This document shows, one piece after another, positions 34,828 to 45,304 of a stretch of 64,000 bases of DNA. Origin of the DNA: Candidatus Latescibacterota bacterium (GTDB lineage Bacteria; Latescibacterota; UBA2968; GCA-2709665); contig OZ242358.1 of assembly GCA_965208835.1 (NCBI GenBank), forward strand, positions 3,104,001 through 3,168,000, read 5' to 3'. The position numbers were made by a program, and so were the translations under genes. Within the stretch, counting starts at the first letter, position 1. Every line of letters begins with the position of its first letter. The notes under the pieces are model-generated. The model did no database searches, was not told the DNA's origin, and was given only the letters and a program-made list of their open reading frames with translations.

Positions 34828-36111
34828 CTAGTGTTGATGACCCTTGGTCCCCGCTGCCTCGTGATGCCCGCCCATGGTCCGCAACGCGGCCTTCAGGTTG
34901 CTCTCAGAGTCGATCAGAAACTGTGCCGACAGGACGATTCGCTCGCCCCCACTGAGCCCATGCGTCACCTCGTAGACGTCGTCCGACTCCAGCCCGAGTT
35001 TGACTTCGCGCGGCGCAAAACGGCCTTCCCCGAGATCCAGAATCACCACGTTTCGCTCTCCGGACCGTATTACGGCCTGCACCGGGACAACCGCGGACTC
35101 CTTCGCCATCTCGGACTTGACTTTCACCGTGGCGAACATCTCGGGCTTCAACTCCAGCTCCGGGTTGTCGAATATCATCCGTACTTTCGCGGTGCGGGTC
35201 TTTGACTCCAGGAAGGGATAGACGTAGCTCACCACCCCTTCGAATACCCGCCCGGGCGCGTAGGAGAGTACGACCTCCGCCGACTGTCCCTTCCTGATCC
35301 ATGGCAACTCGTACTCGTAGATGTCCGCATAGACCCATACTCTGGAGAGATCGGCGATGCGATAGAGGTGCTCTCCGGCCTTTATATGTGCGCCGTCGTA
35401 TACCGCCCGGTGTACAACGACGCCCTCCTGGGGTGAGTGGATCGTCATCGTACGCTTTGCCTTCCGCGTCTGTTCCAGATTGTCGATCTGCGCTTCCGCG
35501 ATATCCCAGTACATCAGACGCTGCCGCGCCGCGACCAGGAGCGCCTTCGCGCCCTCCAGTGCCTCTGAGGACGCGCCGTCCTCGAGGCGCCGGACATAAT
35601 CCAGCGCGGTGAGGTATTCCTCCTGCGCGGCCACCAGTTCAGGACTGTAGATTTCCAGAAGCGGCTGCCCTTTCTTTACCTCCTGTCCGGTGAAATCCAC
35701 AAAGAGCCCCTCCACCCAACCGGTTACCTTGGTATTCACGTCGGTCATCCGGGTCTCGTCATAATCCACGCGCCCCATCGTGCGTACGGTTCGGCTCACC
35801 GGCATCCGTTTTACCACCCCGGTTCTGACGCCCATGTTCTGAACGGTTGACGGATCGATACGGACCTCGCCAGCCTCCTCCCCGTGACCGCCGTCGTGTC
35901 CCGAGGCGCCCGCCTGGTCCATCACGAGGTCCATTCCGCAGATCGGACAGCTTGCCTGCCTGTCCGAAACCACCGTCGGATGCATCGGACACCGGTACAC
36001 GGACGGTGACGTCTCCTTGTGCGCCGGACCCTCCTCGCCGCCCAGCCCTATCCCCAATGCAATTCCGACACCCAGAGTGAGAATCGTCACAACGATATTT
36101 CTCGGATTCAT
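34828..36111 (-). CDS. cusB: CusB-like RND periplasmic adaptor with N-terminal heavy-metal-binding domain
   Basis: YRCPMHP...CPICGMDL, YSPELVAAQEEY, AQFLIDSES. Confidence 0.92.
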   Translation of the reverse strand: MNPRNIVVTILTLGVGIALGIGLGGEEGPAHKETSPSVYRCPMHPTVVSDRQASCPICGMDLVMDQAGASGHDGGHGEEAGEVRIDPSTVQNMGVRTGVVKRMPVSRTVRTMGRVDYDETRMTDVNTKVTGWVEGLFVDFTGQEVKKGQPLLEIYSPELVAAQEEYLTALDYVRRLEDGASSEALEGAKALLVAARQRLMYWDIAEAQIDNLEQTRKAKRTMTIHSPQEGVVVHRAVYDGAHIKAGEHLYRIADLSRVWVYADIYEYELPWIRKGQSAEVVLSYAPGRVFEGVVSYVYPFLESKTRTAKVRMIFDNPELELKPEMFATVKVKSEMAKESAVVPVQAVIRSGERNVVILDLGEGRFAPREVKLGLESDDVYEVTHGLSGGERIVLSAQFLIDSESNLKAALRTMGGHHEAAGTKGHQH

Positions 36112-36207
36112 AGCTCGGCCCTTCCCTTTCGATCTGCAAGGCCTTTGATCCCGGCGCGAAACCAGGCCGCCGGTCCAACAGCCAGTTGAGAAAGCCTTTC
36201 CAGACTG

Positions 36208-37470
36208 TTAGAATACGCGTCTTCCAACCACAGCCTCCAGTTCCGCCAGTTTCCTCTCACGCTGGATTACATGATGATAGTGGTCGATCTCAAACTTAAA
36301 CAGGGTAACCTGGTTGTTCAATAGCGTGAGGAAGTCGACCTTGTCAACCTGATATCCAGCCATCGCGGATTCCAATGACTGGCGTGCCTGAGGCAGAATT
36401 GCCGTGCGGTACAGCTCCGCCTGCTTCCAGTGCCGGTCGACTTCAAGGCAGATTTCCTGCACCCGATACAGGATCTCGCGGCTGGCGTCCTCCCTTTGCG
36501 CCTCAGCCATTCTGATATTGGCCTGCGCCTCGGCGATTTGACTGTCCCGTTTCCGTCCGTTGAAAACCGGGAGGTTCATGCTCACGCCGAACGACAGAAA
36601 GTCGCTGCCACTCACGGGATCCGGTTGCACGTGGGCGCGCTGCATATAGCCCAGGCGAAACGTCAGGTCGGGCCGGCCGGACCGCCGTGCCGCCTGTTCG
36701 GTGGCCGCCCACCTGGAAATGGTATGGTCTATTTCCTTCAGTAGCGGGCGGTGCGCCAGGGCCAGCCGCTGGACGTCCTCCACCGATAGTTCGAGCGACG
36801 TCGGCGTCACGTCGCCGGGCGCACTCACGGCGGTATCCATCGGCCGATTCAAGACCCGGTTGAGCCGCGCCTCCGCAAGCCTGCGGTCCGTATTCAGCCC
36901 GATCAGTCGATCCCGGAGCGCGGAAAGCGAAACCTGGGCCTTCAGGACGTCCTGTTGAAGTCCGCGACCGACCACATATTTTTTTTCTGCGATTCGAACC
37001 AGGTCCCGGAGGAGCGCCCGGTTCCTTTCTGTTACTTCAATTGCCCGGTCCAGAAACGCCAGCGCATAGTATCCCTGCTTCACAAGATTGACGATCGTTC
37101 CGGCACGGTCGTCAAGGGTTTGTCTGGCAGCGCCGGCGGCAGATTCCGCCGCCCGCTCCTTCGCGCGCAACAGGCCTGGAAGAGGAAACCTCTGGCTGAC
37201 TGTCAACTGCTTGCCGGACATATGCGTACTGTTGAAATCGAAGTTGCTTGTCGGTACGTTCCGCAGATCCAGAGCCAGCATCGGATCTTGCAACACACCG
37301 GCCTGCGGCACCCGGGCTTCAAATGCGGCTAACCGGTGCTCAAGAACTTTCAGACCGGGATTCTTAGCGAGCGCCGAGTCGATCAGACCCTCCAGGTCAG
37401 CCGCCGCGGCGCCGGCGACCCGTGGTATGAGGAAAAAACACATCCCGATGAGTTTCACCAATCCCTTCAC
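36208..37470 (-). CDS. TolC/CusC family outer-membrane efflux protein
   Basis: Signal peptide, QRFPLPG, TAILPQARQS...YQVDKVDFLTLL. Confidence 0.9.
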   Translation of the reverse strand: MKGLVKLIGMCFFLIPRVAGAAAADLEGLIDSALAKNPGLKVLEHRLAAFEARVPQAGVLQDPMLALDLRNVPTSNFDFNSTHMSGKQLTVSQRFPLPGLLRAKERAAESAAGAARQTLDDRAGTIVNLVKQGYYALAFLDRAIEVTERNRALLRDLVRIAEKKYVVGRGLQQDVLKAQVSLSALRDRLIGLNTDRRLAEARLNRVLNRPMDTAVSAPGDVTPTSLELSVEDVQRLALAHRPLLKEIDHTISRWAATEQAARRSGRPDLTFRLGYMQRAHVQPDPVSGSDFLSFGVSMNLPVFNGRKRDSQIAEAQANIRMAEAQREDASREILYRVQEICLEVDRHWKQAELYRTAILPQARQSLESAMAGYQVDKVDFLTLLNNQVTLFKFEIDHYHHVIQRERKLAELEAVVGRRVF

Positions 37471-37615
37471 GACTGATCACCTCCGTGGCTGGGAAATACG
37501 GCTTCACGCGCACGAAAGAGCGCACGTCAAGCCGGAGGACACTCGTCCAGCGATTGAATTTCGGGTGATATTTACGAGGAGAAAAGAGTTATTGCACCGC
37601 GGAAGACGCGGTCAG

Positions 37616-37673
37616 CAGTCCGTTGACAAAGTCGCTCTGCAGGCGAGGCCGGATGGGCTTCTTCAACGGGCTG
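37616..37673. mobile_element. MITE family B, internally deleted 58-bp copy (inverted)
   Basis: Reverse complement CAGCCCGTTGAAGAAGCCCATCCGGCCTCGCCTGCAGAGCGACTTTGTCAACGGACTG equals both ends of 55205-55364 joined. Confidence 0.8.
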
Positions 37674-37686
37674 ACAGGGCGGGAAA

Positions 37687-38049
37687 TCAGATCAGAAACG
37701 AGGCATTCATCAGGTACAGCGAGGATAACGAATGGGGCGGGGCCGAATGAAACCCGACCGTGCGGGTGAGGCCTGAGCCTAAAGCCCCGGCGGAACGGAA
37801 CGATTGAGGTCCGGGGTGGGAATCCGGACCGGGACAACGGGGCGTTGAGGACTGAATCGCCGAAGGCAGTTCCTGCGGGGCATCTTTAACGCTGCCACCG
37901 TTTCCGGCGCAGCAGCAGTCCGCCTCAACCGGCTGGACGTGGCACGCTTCAGCCTGAACCGACATCCCGCACAGGCACTGGATGGCGGCAAGAGCGAAGC
38001 CAATGGCCAGGCATGTAGTGAATAGGGCGCGAATCATCCTCTGCCTCAC
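37687..38049 (-). CDS. Cys/His-rich small protein heading the metal efflux operon (HYC_CC_PP/DUF2946-like leader)
   Basis: N-terminal TM, CLC, ACH..DCCC, C-terminal PP...LYLMNASFLI. Confidence 0.7.
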   Translation of the reverse strand: MRQRMIRALFTTCLAIGFALAAIQCLCGMSVQAEACHVQPVEADCCCAGNGGSVKDAPQELPSAIQSSTPRCPGPDSHPGPQSFRSAGALGSGLTRTVGFHSAPPHSLSSLYLMNASFLI

Positions 38050-38184
38050 AAACGGATCCGGTCTGTCAGAATTAACGCCATCTTATATACGTTTGTCAAG
38101 GCCGGTTGTTCAGAAAAAGTGGAGCGACGCCCAATCGTCGTGACCACGGCGTGACCGCGAAGGCCGCAATAACGGGGCGACACC

Positions 38185-39357
38185 CTATCGGGCCCGCTGG
38201 AAGGACTGCCAGGCCTCGCCCGCCTCGGCGGCCTGGCGCTCCAGCTCGCCGCGCCAGCCAACAACTTCCCCGGCCTTTATCCGACGGATGTCGAAAGCGG
38301 GGTACCGGTCTTCGAGCGTATCGCCGAGCTTCTGCGTCTCCGCCCATCGGTCCCACGCCGTCTTCATCCATTCATATGGCAGGGCATCCCGCACCTCGGG
38401 ATCGAGCTGCCACGCGCTTCGCACGTCGGCCACGGACGGCTCACCCGTGAACGGCCCGGACCACCTGGACCATCCGATCGACAACGTGTTTCGTTCTCTT
38501 TCGGGTACGGTGTGGCCCGTGTGAATGTTCGCGCCGATCCGTATGAGGGCTTCGCCTGCCTTCAGTCGGACCGCGACCTGGTTCGGCAACGGGTCGACGC
38601 CGTTCCAGCTGGGTGTGTGCGGAACCCCCTTCTCCTTCATGGCCTTGGGAAGGAGGACGTCGTGCTCGTAGGGCGTGCGCCATCGATTGTGGCTGCCGGG
38701 TATGAGTTCGTGGCACTCTTCGTCGACCAGCGCAAGGAACATGCTCACCCCGTTCCGCTCGGTAATCGACCTGGCGTTGTTCGCGCGAATCTCCGCCCAG
38801 CGCTCCCGCTCCACCTCTTCCGTGTATGCTTCGGGTCCCTCGCCCCGGATCTCGCGCTGCGCGAAATAGGGCTTTCCGGTCCCCCACCACGTCGCGTCCC
38901 GGTGCCAGCTGAGGGAATGTTCCGACTCTCGCGGATTACACCACAACAGCAAACCACTAAATGTGAAATCCTCGGGGCCGAGACCGTTGCACCAGGAGTG
39001 CACGAAGTTCAGAAAATCATCCGAGCCGTGGAACTCCGCGAAACACGGTTCATTGAATGCGGGATGGACCAGACCGCGTATCGCCCACGGCTCGTCCTTC
39101 CCCGTCCGGTGGACGTAACCCCTGGAGCAGTCGATTTTGCCGTACCCGTTGACAGGTGCGCACGCCTCCGTAACCCGGCGGCCCGCTTCCCGCAGTACCG
39201 GAATCCATGGATTGTCGACAAAGTCGTTGATAATAACGAATCCGTGTTCCTCCAGGTGCGCCAGCCGCTCAGGCGTGGCGCCCGGCGCCGCCAACTCGGG
39301 CAGCGCGTCGGCGAACGCGGGCGACCTGTAGGTGGAGGATGTTGCATCTGTTTTCAT
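38185..39357 (-). CDS. Phytanoyl-CoA dioxygenase (PhyH) family protein
   Basis: EHGFVII, WHRD, IPGSH, LKAGEAL...HTG. Confidence 0.85.
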   Translation of the reverse strand: MKTDATSSTYRSPAFADALPELAAPGATPERLAHLEEHGFVIINDFVDNPWIPVLREAGRRVTEACAPVNGYGKIDCSRGYVHRTGKDEPWAIRGLVHPAFNEPCFAEFHGSDDFLNFVHSWCNGLGPEDFTFSGLLLWCNPRESEHSLSWHRDATWWGTGKPYFAQREIRGEGPEAYTEEVERERWAEIRANNARSITERNGVSMFLALVDEECHELIPGSHNRWRTPYEHDVLLPKAMKEKGVPHTPSWNGVDPLPNQVAVRLKAGEALIRIGANIHTGHTVPERERNTLSIGWSRWSGPFTGEPSVADVRSAWQLDPEVRDALPYEWMKTAWDRWAETQKLGDTLEDRYPAFDIRRIKAGEVVGWRGELERQAAEAGEAWQSFQRAR

Positions 39358-39741
39358 TTCTTCTCCCCTTGATCAGGATTTAAACCAGGATTTCCAGAAT
39401 AAAAGGATGGGCAGGACCACAGCCCGGTATTCCCTGTCATCCTGCGTATCCTTCCACGCACGTAGTCCTGGTATACGGTATGGTCGCGCCGTCGCGTTGT
39501 CAATAGCAATTTCCACGGTATCTTTGCATAGAAAGGGGAAAGCCGAAAGCGAAATCAGAGCCTTCGGATACAAAACGCTCGCCTATCGCATTTATTGTCC
39601 CTATATTTGAGTTTTACCGTCGCGGTATCGTACGTTCACGAAGCCTCTCATCCTCAACTCGCGACGGCAGCCGGCTGACGCCGCCGCCAGACAGGTTGGA
39701 AAACACGGTGCTCGGTGCGTCTTTTCCGTGAGGAACCACGT

Positions 39742-41655
39742 GTGAATCGAATCGTTCCGGCTTTCTCGTTTGTCGTCGTTACTCTTCTCGCGGTCGTACA
39801 ACCTACCGATGCGCAGATCGGCCGCGGAGAAATCGAAACCCGATTTCAGAGAGCCCTTAACGACTACACCGACGGCAACTATCGGACGGCGGAAAGAGCC
39901 TTCCAGTCCCTGGCCGAAGCCAATCCCGCGCACCGGCGTTCGTCGGTCTCCCGGCTGATGCTGGCCAAAACGCTTTACAAACTCACGAAGTACGACCTGG
40001 CGCTCGCAACGGCAGCGGGAATCTACGACGCCTTCCCGCGCAGCCGGTATCTCCCTGAAGCCGACCTGGTCATCGGCGACTGCAAATTCCGACAGGGTCT
40101 GGTATACAGAGCCGCATCCCGATACGCCCACGTATTGTCGGGAACGGGAGGCCTCCGTCTGAAGGCCAGAGCGGCGGACCGGCTGGGGCAACTTGCAGGA
40201 GCGGGGAGAATCACGGAAGGCGACGTCGCACGGCTGCAAAATGAATTCGGAAACGACACGATCGCGGAGGCCGTGGCCTACGGCCGGGCGAGGTGGCCGT
40301 CGAGACTCGCCGGGGCCGAACCCTCCAATCAGGAAATGGCCGGATTCCTGGATCGGTATCCCGACGGCATTTTCGCGGCGCTGGTACGGGAAAAAACCCC
40401 CGAAGCCGAACGCCTTCAGCCCGCCGCGGCAGGTATCCAACACAGACCTCCTGAAAAAGATATCGAAGAACCGACCGACGCGCGCTTCACCATCGGCGTG
40501 ATCGCGCCCCTGGCGAGCCCGCCGGGAAAGGACATGGTAGACGGTGTCCTGCTTGCCCGGGAACTGCATCAGCTGAATTCCGGTGAGCCGGTCGCGCTGG
40601 TCTTCAAAGACTCGGAAGGAAGCCCGGTGGGCGCGATCAAGGCGGCTCAGAGTCTTATCGAAGACCACGAAGTTCTTGCCATTATCGGCGCCCTGACCAG
40701 CGCTGAAACCCTTCCCATTGCGGCGCTGGCGGGGCCTCACGAAGTCCCGCTGATCGCGCCCACGGCCTCGGAAGACGGACTGGCGACCCTGAGTCCCTAC
40801 GTTTTTCAGATAAACGCCACGCCCGGCGCACAGGGTCGCAGGATTGCCGACTACGCGGTCCGTGAATCGGGGCTGCGTACGCTGGCGACGTTCGCGTCGC
40901 GGGACCCCTACGGGGAAAGAATCGCCAGAGAGTTCACGGCCCGTGCGGAGGAATCGGGTTCGGAAGTCATTGTACAGACGTGGTACGAACCCGGCACGAC
41001 CGACTACAAGGGCCAGTTGGAACGCATCAGGGACGCCGGACTGGCGCTCAACCCGCCTGAAATCCTGACGGACGAAATCGAATCGCTGATTCTGGGGAAC
41101 ATTCGGCTGGCGCCGCCGCCCCCTGTTGAAGTGGATCCCGATACCGTGCAGCCTCCGCCGGTGCATACGCTGGAAGGCCTGCTCATAGCCGGGGGCAAGG
41201 ACGACGTCCTGCTGATCGCGCCACAGATCGCCTTCCACCGCATTCACTCGCAATTGCTGGGCAGCGACGGCTGGAACCACCACGAAGTCGCGAGAGACTC
41301 CTATACAGACAGCGCGGTCTTTGTCGCCAAATACTCCACACGCAGCGATCTGGTCTCCGTACATGAGTTCCTGGGCGCATTCAGGCAGCGATTCAATCGC
41401 GACCAGGGCATTGCGGCTGCGCTGGGATATGACGCCATGACGGCCGTCTTCACCGCCATTGAAAGGGGCGGCACGTCTCGGAAGCGACTTCAGCACGCGC
41501 TCGAGAATCTCGGTGAAATCCCGGGCGCCACCGGTAAGATATCCTTCAGCCGGGGCAATCGGGAAAACGCCTGGATGTACCTGCTGACCAACCGCAAGGG
41601 AAAGATCAAGCTCCTCTCGCTCGGCCGCGCGGATAAAGCCGCGTCCGAACCCTAA
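39742..41655 (+). CDS. TPR-containing LpoA-like / periplasmic binding protein type 1
   Basis: Signal peptide, TPR-like N-terminus, IGVIAPL, IIGALTS, LGYDA motifs. Confidence 0.75.
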   Translation: MNRIVPAFSFVVVTLLAVVQPTDAQIGRGEIETRFQRALNDYTDGNYRTAERAFQSLAEANPAHRRSSVSRLMLAKTLYKLTKYDLALATAAGIYDAFPRSRYLPEADLVIGDCKFRQGLVYRAASRYAHVLSGTGGLRLKARAADRLGQLAGAGRITEGDVARLQNEFGNDTIAEAVAYGRARWPSRLAGAEPSNQEMAGFLDRYPDGIFAALVREKTPEAERLQPAAAGIQHRPPEKDIEEPTDARFTIGVIAPLASPPGKDMVDGVLLARELHQLNSGEPVALVFKDSEGSPVGAIKAAQSLIEDHEVLAIIGALTSAETLPIAALAGPHEVPLIAPTASEDGLATLSPYVFQINATPGAQGRRIADYAVRESGLRTLATFASRDPYGERIAREFTARAEESGSEVIVQTWYEPGTTDYKGQLERIRDAGLALNPPEILTDEIESLILGNIRLAPPPPVEVDPDTVQPPPVHTLEGLLIAGGKDDVLLIAPQIAFHRIHSQLLGSDGWNHHEVARDSYTDSAVFVAKYSTRSDLVSVHEFLGAFRQRFNRDQGIAAALGYDAMTAVFTAIERGGTSRKRLQHALENLGEIPGATGKISFSRGNRENAWMYLLTNRKGKIKLLSLGRADKAASEP

Positions 41656-42013
41656 CCTTGATTCGAAGGTTTTCGGGGACGTTAATTCGAAATTGTGCTT
41701 GTAAATAAAGGCGATTAGACGGCGGATTACCAGGATACACCAGGTCACTGGACGTGAAGGGAAAAAACGCCCTTCTATATGTCGATAACGCCCAGATTCG
41801 GAGGGTTTTATCGCGTCGCCGCGTTGCTGTCTTTTCGGATTGAGGCTAATCCCCGAAGTCGCATTTCTCCTCCGCCCCACACGAAGCGCATCCCGCTGGC
41901 ATATTGATTGCACTGGTATCGACAAGCGACGGCCGTACGCGACGGCAACGGCAGATAAATCGCTTGTTTCCGATTCTTTGTGTGCAATTACAATGTCAGG
42001 GGGACAGCCCGTG

Positions 42014-43825
42014 ATGTGCGCATGCTTTCAATCCGCCAGACGCAAAACGAAACTGACGTTCATCGCTCTGATTCCACACCTGCTGTCCGGTTTCGCGCTC
42101 CGTGCGCAGGAATCCCTGAATCCGGAAACCACGGAAACGTACCTGGCCGTTTTGAGGGACCTGGACGGACGGGTGATCAACATCAACAGGGCCAGCCTCG
42201 AGGACCTGCGGGCGCTGCCCTGGTTTTCGCCGGAACTGGCCCGCGATGTCATCACCTATCGCAGACGGTCCGGACCGTTCACACGCCTCGGCGACCTCCT
42301 GAGGGTTCCCGGCGTCACGTCCGAGATCCTCGCCGCCGTCCGGCCCTACCTGACCGTATCTTCACGGCGGGGTCCCAGCGTCCGGACGTCGCTGAGGATC
42401 ACCCGTCCGACGAACCATCCCGACTCCTGGGCCAACCTGCGGCTCTACCAGCGAACCGTGATCGCTGCACGGCGCGTGGAGGGCGTCTTCCTCACGGAAC
42501 GCGACCCCCTGGAATTACGGATCGCGGACTTCCTTACCGGATACGTTAGCGTTACCGCCGTGCCCGGCCTGCGGCGCCTGGTCGCGGGGGACTTCCGGCC
42601 GGGTTACGGACAGGGTCTCCTTTTCAGCAGACACAACCGATCCGCAACAGGCCTCGAGTGGGCCAGGCCGGCCAGCGTCCGGACCGTGGGTAATCGTTCC
42701 GCAATTGAATACGGCGCGCTCCGCGGCGTCTTTGCCGAAGGCCGGGCCGGCCGCGTCACGTGGACGGCCATGGGCGCGCGCAACCGGTGGGATGCCGCGA
42801 TCGACAGTTCCGGCGTTGCCGCAATACGTACCGCCGACCTGCACGTCACACAGACCCAGCGGGAACGCAGAGGCAGATTGCAGGAAAATCTGGTGGCCGT
42901 TCGATCCAGGGTCGAACTGCCGGTCGGCGGGATCGGCGCCACATTCGTCCGGACCACGTTCGCGCCTGCGCTGCAACACCTTCAACGCCAGCATTCAGCC
43001 GGAATGGACTGGGACCTGCGCGGAAGCCGGATGAATGTCTTCGGTGAAATCGCCGCATCGGAGAGAGAGACCGTCGCCTGGCTGACGGGCGCGCGCACGG
43101 AAGTCGATCGTCTCAAACTGGTGATGCTGGCACGCAGGTACCCGTCCGGGTTTTCAAGCCTGCGCGGCGGCCCGTTCTCCGCCTACAGCGGCAGGAACGA
43201 GTGGGGGCTGTTTAGCGGCGCGGTGTGGCGGCCGGGCCGGAAGACCCGGTTTCAGGCCACGCTCGACCGGTACGGCCGTGTCGCGCCCGAAGGCAAGTAC
43301 ACGCTGCCGGCGCGCGGCGAGCGATTTGCTTTCGATATGAGGCGTCGCCTCAACAGCGTCAGAGTGAGGCTGACGATCGGAACGCGTCGTCAGACGGTCT
43401 CGACTTCGGGTATTACAGGAACGCGACACCAGAGGCGCGCCCGTCTTCGCGTGACCGTGCCCCGCTCGTTCGCTCGCCTCAACCTGTGGCTGGAAGGCAC
43501 GGGCGCACGGTCACCGGTCCGTAAGAGCGGCGGCCGCGCCGGGGGTCTGGGCCTCCGCGTCCAGCGTGGGACAGGCCTGCGGGCCGACGCATGGCTGGCC
43601 ATGTTCGACGTGACCCACTTCGATTCACGGATCTATACGTTCGAGCCCGACGTATGGGGAGGCAGCCGCATGCAACTCCTGTCCGGGAACGGCCGTACGG
43701 CGGGAATCCGCATTACCTGCACCGGGTCACGGTTGCGCGTTGCTGTACGATACGCCATAAAGAACACCGGGAACGGTACATCGAACACCTGGGCGTCGCA
43801 GATCGAATTCGGCACGAGGAAGTAA
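42014..43825 (+). CDS. ComEA-type helix-hairpin-helix domain protein with a beta-rich (outer-membrane-like) C-terminus
   Basis: ININRASLEDLRALP...GPF..LGDLLRVPGV, GDFRPGYGQGL, DSRIYTFE; start codon uncertain. Confidence 0.78.
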   Translation: MCACFQSARRKTKLTFIALIPHLLSGFALRAQESLNPETTETYLAVLRDLDGRVININRASLEDLRALPWFSPELARDVITYRRRSGPFTRLGDLLRVPGVTSEILAAVRPYLTVSSRRGPSVRTSLRITRPTNHPDSWANLRLYQRTVIAARRVEGVFLTERDPLELRIADFLTGYVSVTAVPGLRRLVAGDFRPGYGQGLLFSRHNRSATGLEWARPASVRTVGNRSAIEYGALRGVFAEGRAGRVTWTAMGARNRWDAAIDSSGVAAIRTADLHVTQTQRERRGRLQENLVAVRSRVELPVGGIGATFVRTTFAPALQHLQRQHSAGMDWDLRGSRMNVFGEIAASERETVAWLTGARTEVDRLKLVMLARRYPSGFSSLRGGPFSAYSGRNEWGLFSGAVWRPGRKTRFQATLDRYGRVAPEGKYTLPARGERFAFDMRRRLNSVRVRLTIGTRRQTVSTSGITGTRHQRRARLRVTVPRSFARLNLWLEGTGARSPVRKSGGRAGGLGLRVQRGTGLRADAWLAMFDVTHFDSRIYTFEPDVWGGSRMQLLSGNGRTAGIRITCTGSRLRVAVRYAIKNTGNGTSNTWASQIEFGTRK

Positions 43826-43943
43826 CGCTCGCGGCAGGCATGCACATCCCATCAGGCGGACGGGTGGCATTTTTCGCTTTCTGAGGTCCGGATTTTTCCG
43901 TATTTTGCTCGCCGAGCGATCAACGCGGGCATCCACAACCTTA

Positions 43944-44105
43944 GAAGCCGTCTTAAAATTCCCAGCGGTCTTCGCACGGCTGCAAAAGCGCCGGTCGGCG
44001 TTGGTCAAACCCACCCGTATAGACAAATATGGGCGGGTTTTCCCGCCTTGACCGCCACTTTTTCGCTCGTGCTCGGGAACTCACCGGTAATTTTAAAACG
44101 GCTTC
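43944..44105. mobile_element. MITE family A, copy 3
   Basis: TIR GAAGCCGT.../...ACGGCTTC, a compensatory change relative to the other copies. Confidence 0.88.
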
Positions 44106-44178
44106 TGAATACAATTGCCGGCAGGGACAATGTGCGCCCGCCGGCAATTTCAATTCTCCGGAAACGGTCGATCAGGAC

Positions 44179-45219
44179 ATGATGAAGAGAATCAATTTAC
44201 GATCCTGGATTTCGCTGGTCCCGCTGTGCGGGGCGTTGCTGGCCGGCTGCGGCCCCCGGCTGCCCGAATCGGTAGGGCCCGCGCAGGAGATACTGGTCCT
44301 GATCGATCAGGCCGACCGCGAATTCCTGGAGCCGCATTTGAAAGAGGTATTCGAAAAAGTCCTGTATACACCCCAGGAAGAGAAAATCTTCAGGCTGCAG
44401 TTCGAAGATGTGGCCAATTTGGACAGGTTCAAGAACAAGAGGCGCAAGAACATCCTGGTTATCGCCGAGCTGGATGCTCCCCATGCCACCGCGGGCTTCC
44501 TGAGAAGCATACTGGGCCCCAACGTGCAAAACGCCGTGAGGGGGAAACGGACCGCCGTATTCTGGAAAGAGGACGTATGGGCAAAGGAACAGCTTCTCAT
44601 GGCGGTGTCCGGGGCAGATAGCGCCGCGCTCGTGGACAACCTCCGTATGGAGGCGGACCGGCTTTACGAACGTGTCGAAGACGTCCGCAACGAGCGGATT
44701 CGACGGTTGATTTATCGGTATGGCGAACGGAAGGACGTCACAGAGCGGCTTGGCAGGGAATTCGGCTGGCAGGTGCGGGTGGCCTTCGGATACCGCGTCC
44801 TGGAGGCCTATCCCGACAGCGGTTTCGTGGTCCTGACCAAGGAGGAACCCAACCGGTGGCTGTTCGTCTACTGGGAGGACGGCATTTCACCCGACGAACT
44901 CACGGAGGAATGGTGCATCCGGAAACGAAACGATATAACAAAGAGGTTTTTTGAACAGGACCGGATTGTACCTGACCACCTGGAAATCGGCCAGGCCGAG
45001 TTCGCCGGCAAACTGGCGTTTGTCATGCAGGGCCTTTGGGAAAACAGGAAAAAATGGGCCGGGGGCCCATTCAAGGGTTACGCGTTCGTGGACGTGGAGA
45101 CAGACCGGTTCTACTACATCGACTGCGGTGTGTATTCACCGAACAAACGCAAAGAGCCCTATCTTCGCCAGATCGACCTCATGGCAAGGTCCTTCACCCA
45201 GGTGGAATCGACACCCTGA
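44179..45219 (+). CDS. DUF4837-like lipoprotein
   Basis: Lipobox LLAGC, TPQEE, DVWAKEQ, GLWEN...GGPF, YSPNKRK. Confidence 0.78.
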   Translation: MMKRINLRSWISLVPLCGALLAGCGPRLPESVGPAQEILVLIDQADREFLEPHLKEVFEKVLYTPQEEKIFRLQFEDVANLDRFKNKRRKNILVIAELDAPHATAGFLRSILGPNVQNAVRGKRTAVFWKEDVWAKEQLLMAVSGADSAALVDNLRMEADRLYERVEDVRNERIRRLIYRYGERKDVTERLGREFGWQVRVAFGYRVLEAYPDSGFVVLTKEEPNRWLFVYWEDGISPDELTEEWCIRKRNDITKRFFEQDRIVPDHLEIGQAEFAGKLAFVMQGLWENRKKWAGGPFKGYAFVDVETDRFYYIDCGVYSPNKRKEPYLRQIDLMARSFTQVESTP

Positions 45220-45222
45220 ATC

Positions 45223-45251
45223 TTGCTTTTCACTCGGGAAGACGGTATAAT
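45223..45251 (+). promoter_or_regulatory. Sigma70-like promoter
   Basis: TTGCTT-N17-TATAAT upstream of the DUF502 gene. Confidence 0.6.
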
Positions 45252-45304
45252 TCGAAGCGGAATTCATCCAGGAAACGGAACGGCGCCCGCGGAGCAGAAG
45301 ATCG

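Noticed and set aside
38065-38099. MerR/CueR-type 19-bp-spacer promoter for the cus operon
   Set aside because: TTGACA is present but the -10 is ambiguous and the spacer has no clear dyad.
39601-41925. 774-aa minus-strand ORF
   Set aside because: Shadow of the LpoA-like gene on the plus strand.
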